A stretch of 20,000 nucleotides of DNA. Origin: an uncultured virus (IMG/VR IMGVR_UViG_3300020037_002418). Its lineage: Duplodnaviria > Heunggongvirae > Uroviricota > Caudoviricetes. Below the pieces are notes generated by a model. It was not told the origin of the DNA. It did not search any database and saw nothing but the letters and a program-made list of their open reading frames with translations. Made by a program: the position numbers and the translations under genes. The stretch's first letter is position 1. Each line of letters begins with the position of its first letter. The stretch is from the IMG/VR virus record IMGVR_UViG_3300020037_002418, one strand, 5' to 3'. Of the stretch, positions 16,754 through 20,000 are shown one piece after another.

Positions 16754-16788
16754 ATTCCCCTCAAATGGGTGGGTGATAGGAGCACTTA

Positions 16789-17295
16789 ATGAAGGTCAGG
16801 CTGACCCCGGTGACGCTTAAGCGTGCCAAGGAGTTTGTTGATTCGCACCATCGCCATAACCAATCGCCCGTTGGGTGGAAGTTTGGGGTAGGGATCGAGC
16901 GGTTCTACCACAATAAGATCGACATCGGCTGTGCTGGTGGGCCCACTTGGGAAGAAGGGTGGGAGCTTTGTGGCGTGGCGATAGCCGGTCGATGCGTGGC
17001 CCGTGAGTTGGATAAGATCGGGACCAACATTGAGATAACCAGGGTCTGCGTGCTCGAAGAACGCAACGGCAACAGCATCCTGTATGGGGCCATATTGCGG
17101 GCCTGCCAATCACTGGGATACACCAAGGCCTACACCTACACTCTCCAAGAAGAGTCGGGCTCCAGTCTTAAGGCGGTGGGTTTCCAGGTTGATGAAATCC
17201 TTCCGGCCAGGGAAACCTGGTCGTGCCCATCCCGCCCAAGGCTTTCAATCAAACGACCAGAAGGACCCAAGGTTCGGTGGGTCAAAAACCTATGA
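16789..17295 (+). CDS. XF1762-family / Mom-like GNAT-fold protein
   Basis: 'AKEFVDSHHRH', 'GVAIAGR.VAR.LD', 'EITRVC', 'NSILYGA..RAC..LGY...TYTL..ESGSSLKAVGF'; AGGAG SD. Confidence 0.8.
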   Translation: MKVRLTPVTLKRAKEFVDSHHRHNQSPVGWKFGVGIERFYHNKIDIGCAGGPTWEEGWELCGVAIAGRCVARELDKIGTNIEITRVCVLEERNGNSILYGAILRACQSLGYTKAYTYTLQEESGSSLKAVGFQVDEILPARETWSCPSRPRLSIKRPEGPKVRWVKNL

Positions 17296-18161
17296 CTAAG
17301 GCTCGGTTTAAGCCCAAGGTGGGATACGTTCCCTCGGTGTACGTCTATACGATGCGGACCCCGCACAGTCTGTGCTTCCGGGATATGGAGCTACGGGCCA
17401 AGAGCTACCTGACGATGCTCCGCTTTAATAAGCACCCCGTAAAAGAAGCCAAAGAGGTGAAGCGGTTTCGGGAGGCCCTGTCCCTGAAAGCGGCACGGCG
17501 TTCGATCTTGGACCGGGAGGTAGGCGGGGACCTACTGAAGAACATTATGCAGCCAGGGGACTATCTGATTGTGAATTCCCTGACAGATGCGTTCATGAAG
17601 GAGGAGGACCTGGTGACGGTGATGAACCGGTTCCAGGAGCGGGAGCAGCACCTACACGTGTTGGACTTCTATGGTGCAGCAGTAGATTGCAGCAGCCCCT
17701 CGGGCCAGATCCTCCTCGGTAATATGCGGATGATCCATCAATACAATCGGGACTATCGGCGGAAGGTCACGGACAGCGTGCGGACGCGGGCACGGGCAAT
17801 AACGCGGCTCGCGGGCGGGCGGACGCCTTTCTTCTGTGAGGCCATCGAGAGTCATGGAGAGATCCGTCTGATCCTCAAGAGCTGGGCCATCCCCGCCGCC
17901 GAAGTCATTGGGAAGTACCGGCACAGCGACAACCCCAGTGAGCGGGTGAAGTACCCGGTCATTGCGGGCCAGCTAACCAAGGCAGGGCTCGGGGCGGGGT
18001 GGAAGAAGGACCCGAAGAGCCTGGACGAGCTGTACCACTTCTGGCGTGCCTGGGTGGCTGCCGGGAGGCCTGACGTCAATACACTGAAGTTCCCCGACTT
18101 TATTTACGAGTACCGCTCCCTCATGGCCCGAGGCCTAGTCAATGAAAACAATCACGTTTGA
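17292..18161 (+). CDS. Serine recombinase (resolvase)-fold protein with degenerate active site
   Basis: 'MQPGDYLIV', 'LHVLD..VDCSSPSGQILL', helix E region and 'GGRTPF' are recognisable; YxRxS and DRLxR are absent; ATGA overlap with the upstream gene. Confidence 0.65.
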   Translation: MTKARFKPKVGYVPSVYVYTMRTPHSLCFRDMELRAKSYLTMLRFNKHPVKEAKEVKRFREALSLKAARRSILDREVGGDLLKNIMQPGDYLIVNSLTDAFMKEEDLVTVMNRFQEREQHLHVLDFYGAAVDCSSPSGQILLGNMRMIHQYNRDYRRKVTDSVRTRARAITRLAGGRTPFFCEAIESHGEIRLILKSWAIPAAEVIGKYRHSDNPSERVKYPVIAGQLTKAGLGAGWKKDPKSLDELYHFWRAWVAAGRPDVNTLKFPDFIYEYRSLMARGLVNENNHV

Positions 18162-18810
18162 GGTCGATGACAAGAAGCACAACCTGTTCATCCTGGACGA
18201 CTACCTCAGCATGGACTGTGCCAAGAACATCATTACGGGCAAGAGCTACCCATTCCCGGAGTGGTTTGGCAAGCAGCACCAGCAGCCCAAGGTGGTGATC
18301 GACATTGGCGGCCACGTCGGGGAGTTCGCTGCCATGGCCCGCATTAACTGGCCCAAAGCAGAGATCCACGTCTTCGAGCCCAACCCGGAAGTCATCCCGG
18401 TCCTTAAGCTGAACGCCGAGATCTACGACTTCAAGATCTACCAGATGGCAGTCTCGGATAAGGGCGGCACCACCGATCTGTGCATTAGTGGGTACGGATC
18501 TGTGGCCAACTCCATTGTGGATCGGCCCAACCAGACCGGGGAGAAAGTCACGGTCAACGTGGCGGACGCCAAGGACCTGATGCGGCTGAAGCCCAACGTC
18601 CTGAAGGTGGATGCCGAGGGAGTGGAGGTGCAGATCCTCGGGCGGATGGACCTACCTAGCATCGAGCTGATCTACCTAGAGTTCCACTCCGAGGGGGACC
18701 GCCTGACCATCGAGCAGATGCTGCGTCCCACCCATTCCCTATTCCACGCCAACATTGGCCACAAAGACCAAGGAGAACTGATGTATGTCCGCAGAAAGAC
18801 CAACCTGTAA
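18142..18810 (+). CDS. FkbM family SAM-dependent methyltransferase
   Basis: 'VIDIGGHVGEF', 'HVFEPNP', 'MAVSD', 'LKVDAEGVE', 'IYLEFH'. Confidence 0.88.
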   Translation: MKTITFEVDDKKHNLFILDDYLSMDCAKNIITGKSYPFPEWFGKQHQQPKVVIDIGGHVGEFAAMARINWPKAEIHVFEPNPEVIPVLKLNAEIYDFKIYQMAVSDKGGTTDLCISGYGSVANSIVDRPNQTGEKVTVNVADAKDLMRLKPNVLKVDAEGVEVQILGRMDLPSIELIYLEFHSEGDRLTIEQMLRPTHSLFHANIGHKDQGELMYVRRKTNL

Positions 18811-19051
18811 GAGCTGTATCTATTGGGATGGCGGATACTGCCGCAGCCAGTCGCCGAAGCAGAAGGACGGAGAGGCGGCCTGGCCGTACTCCCAGCCAAC
18901 TGATTGGTGTGGCGAGCACCAGGACTTCATCAAGTGGATGCACGGCTTAAAAGAAGTCAACTTACTCACAGGCGGAAAGGCTTTGGTGCAAACATGCGAG
19001 TCCGGTTCGTCGGCGGCCCCTGGCACAATCGACTCCAAGACACCGACCTAG
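18785..19051 (+). CDS. Small Cys-rich phage protein (CxxC...C...WP...WCGE)
   Basis: 'CKSCIYW..YCR..P..WP....DWCGEH' metal-binding pattern common in phage hypotheticals. Confidence 0.65.
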   Translation: MSAERPTCKSCIYWDGGYCRSQSPKQKDGEAAWPYSQPTDWCGEHQDFIKWMHGLKEVNLLTGGKALVQTCESGSSAAPGTIDSKTPT

Positions 19052-19257
19052 GCCCGGTCTGGCAAGTGATGAGAGAGGGTAAGGGCGGAGCCGGAAACCG
19101 GGAGAAGTACCACCTCCACCGGTTCCGCACCTCACGCGGCACCCGCTACGTCCAATACATCCACGAGAGCTTACTAGCCAACAACGGCAAACCCGACCCC
19201 TGTGCTTACAAGGAGCGATTCAAGAAATGGAACTTGTCTATCTCATCTTTGCCCTGA
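18994..19257 (+). CDS. Hypothetical protein (FVGGP motif)
   Basis: ATG 18994; MRVRFVGGPWHN is a motif common in small phage proteins; 87 aa. Confidence 0.6.
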   Translation: MRVRFVGGPWHNRLQDTDLGPVWQVMREGKGGAGNREKYHLHRFRTSRGTRYVQYIHESLLANNGKPDPCAYKERFKKWNLSISSLP

Positions 19258-19309
19258 AGGCAGCCGCCATCATCTACACCTTTGCCCACGCCCCATGGGA
19301 TAAGAAGCG

Positions 19310-19513
19310 TTAGGGCTTCCTCGGGTCGCCGGGGTTCTTGCAGTACTCCCATACCGCCAACCTGATCAGCTCCGATATCGTCATCTCCGCGTCATCCGGG
19401 AACTCCCGCATCCACTTCAGCTTCTCCTCGATGACCTCCTTCACATGCGGACTGAACCGCACCTTATAGATCAGAGTACGCTGGGAACCGGCCGGCTGCT
19501 TCTTGAACGCCAT
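19310..19513 (-). CDS. Ribbon-helix-helix DNA-binding protein
   Basis: Strand 'IYKVRFS', helix, then 'MTISELIRLAVWEY'; GGAG SD before ATG 19513. Confidence 0.7.
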   Translation of the reverse strand: MAFKKQPAGSQRTLIYKVRFSPHVKEVIEEKLKWMREFPDDAEMTISELIRLAVWEYCKNPGDPRKP

Positions 19514-19524
19514 ACAAACGCTCC

Positions 19525-19559
19525 ACGTTAGACCACAAATGACCTTACGGTAGACCACA
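19525..19559. promoter_or_regulatory. Tandem direct repeat ACGKTAGACCACA x2, candidate RHH operator
   Basis: 19525-19537 and 19547-19559 are 12/13 identical with a 22-bp period; they lie between a TG-n-TACACT -10 box (19562-19570, minus strand) and the RHH start. Confidence 0.6.
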
Positions 19560-19640
19560 CCAGTGTACCATCGAGTATCAGAAACGCGATTGGTGTGCCG
19601 TGGCTGACCGCTTATTCCCCGCCCTGTAACGCCCCTTTCC

Positions 19641-19826
19641 ATGGAGAATCCCTACATGACCTTTGAGACCCTATTAGCAGAACTACGTGCTGGGAACGTC
19701 CCTAACGCCACCCAGAACGAGATCCTCTTAGCCCTGGTAGAAGCCATTAAAGGCCTACAGGACGGGTACGACTACCACGAGAGAGAGCTGCAATTAGGCC
19801 GCAAGATAGGAGCCGTAAAGCGTTAG
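19641..19826 (+). CDS. Small hypothetical helical protein
   Basis: 61-aa ORF (alternative start 19656 with GGAG upstream), divergent from the RHH gene. Confidence 0.55.
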   Translation: MENPYMTFETLLAELRAGNVPNATQNEILLALVEAIKGLQDGYDYHERELQLGRKIGAVKR

Positions 19827-19886
19827 CCTGTCTGGACTTACATTACCCATCTTACCACGAGTAGAATCTGCACAAACTCCGGGAGA

Positions 19887-20000
19887 GGAAGGGCGTTTAC
19901 ACGAACGTGACAATCGACCGCATAGACAATGCGATTGGTTACACGGAGTCCAATGTGCGGCTGGTTTGTAAGGCAGCTAATTGGATGAAGGGTGTGATGT
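19887..20000. repeat. Inverted repeat arm 2: partial copy of the HNH gene (may continue beyond the window)
   Basis: 113/114 identical to the reverse complement of 12781-12894; in-frame TAG at 19862-19864 upstream, so no full-length HNH ORF here. Confidence 0.95.

Noticed and set aside
16633..16788. tRNA or self-cleaving ribozyme (twister/hammerhead)
   Set aside because: No cloverleaf or T-loop, and the core ribozyme motifs could not be completed on either strand by eye.
17292..18161. Active integrase/invertase
   Set aside because: The catalytic Ser/Arg motifs are missing and no att or inv sites were identified.
19887..20000. DGR template/variable repeat pair with 12781-12894
   Set aside because: There is only one mismatch, the A is in the coding copy rather than the would-be template, and no reverse transcriptase is present in the window.
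1..20000. Genome-wide TAG recoding (genetic code 15)
   Set aside because: All other long genes are intact under code 11, and TAG behaves as a normal stop at 7355, 14581 and 19824; only one gene is interrupted.
1..20000. CRISPR array
   Set aside because: No regularly spaced 25-45 bp direct repeats were seen.

Overview
This window is part of a tailed dsDNA bacteriophage (Caudoviricetes) or prophage genome. Bases 1-15714 are one minus-strand morphogenesis operon. In transcription order it holds a scaffold-like gene (interrupted by one in-frame TAG), major capsid protein, a free-standing HNH endonuclease, a capsid decoration-like protein, a glycosyltransferase fused to a degenerate methyltransferase, terminase small and large subunits, a hypothetical, a P22-like portal, two further genes, a head-tail adaptor, a tail terminator-like protein, a tail tube-like protein, an acidic low-complexity protein and a partial gene. 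Bases 15799-19257 are a divergent plus-strand cluster: Dps/ferritin-like, Tat-motif peptide, XF1762/Mom-like GNAT, an apparently catalytically dead serine recombinase, an FkbM methyltransferase and small hypotheticals. A ribbon-helix-helix regulator with a tandem operator follows on the minus strand. Most notable: (1) at least 8 short hairpins with an ANGGAN hexaloop at or near structural-gene starts, the textbook CsrA/RsmA site, suggesting phage morphogenesis is gated by translational control; (2) a 114-bp, 1-mismatch inverted copy of the HNH catalytic region at the window end; (3) an in-frame amber codon in the scaffold gene; (4) a possible virion glycosylation/methylation system. All product calls come from motif recognition and synteny by eye; no database search was run.
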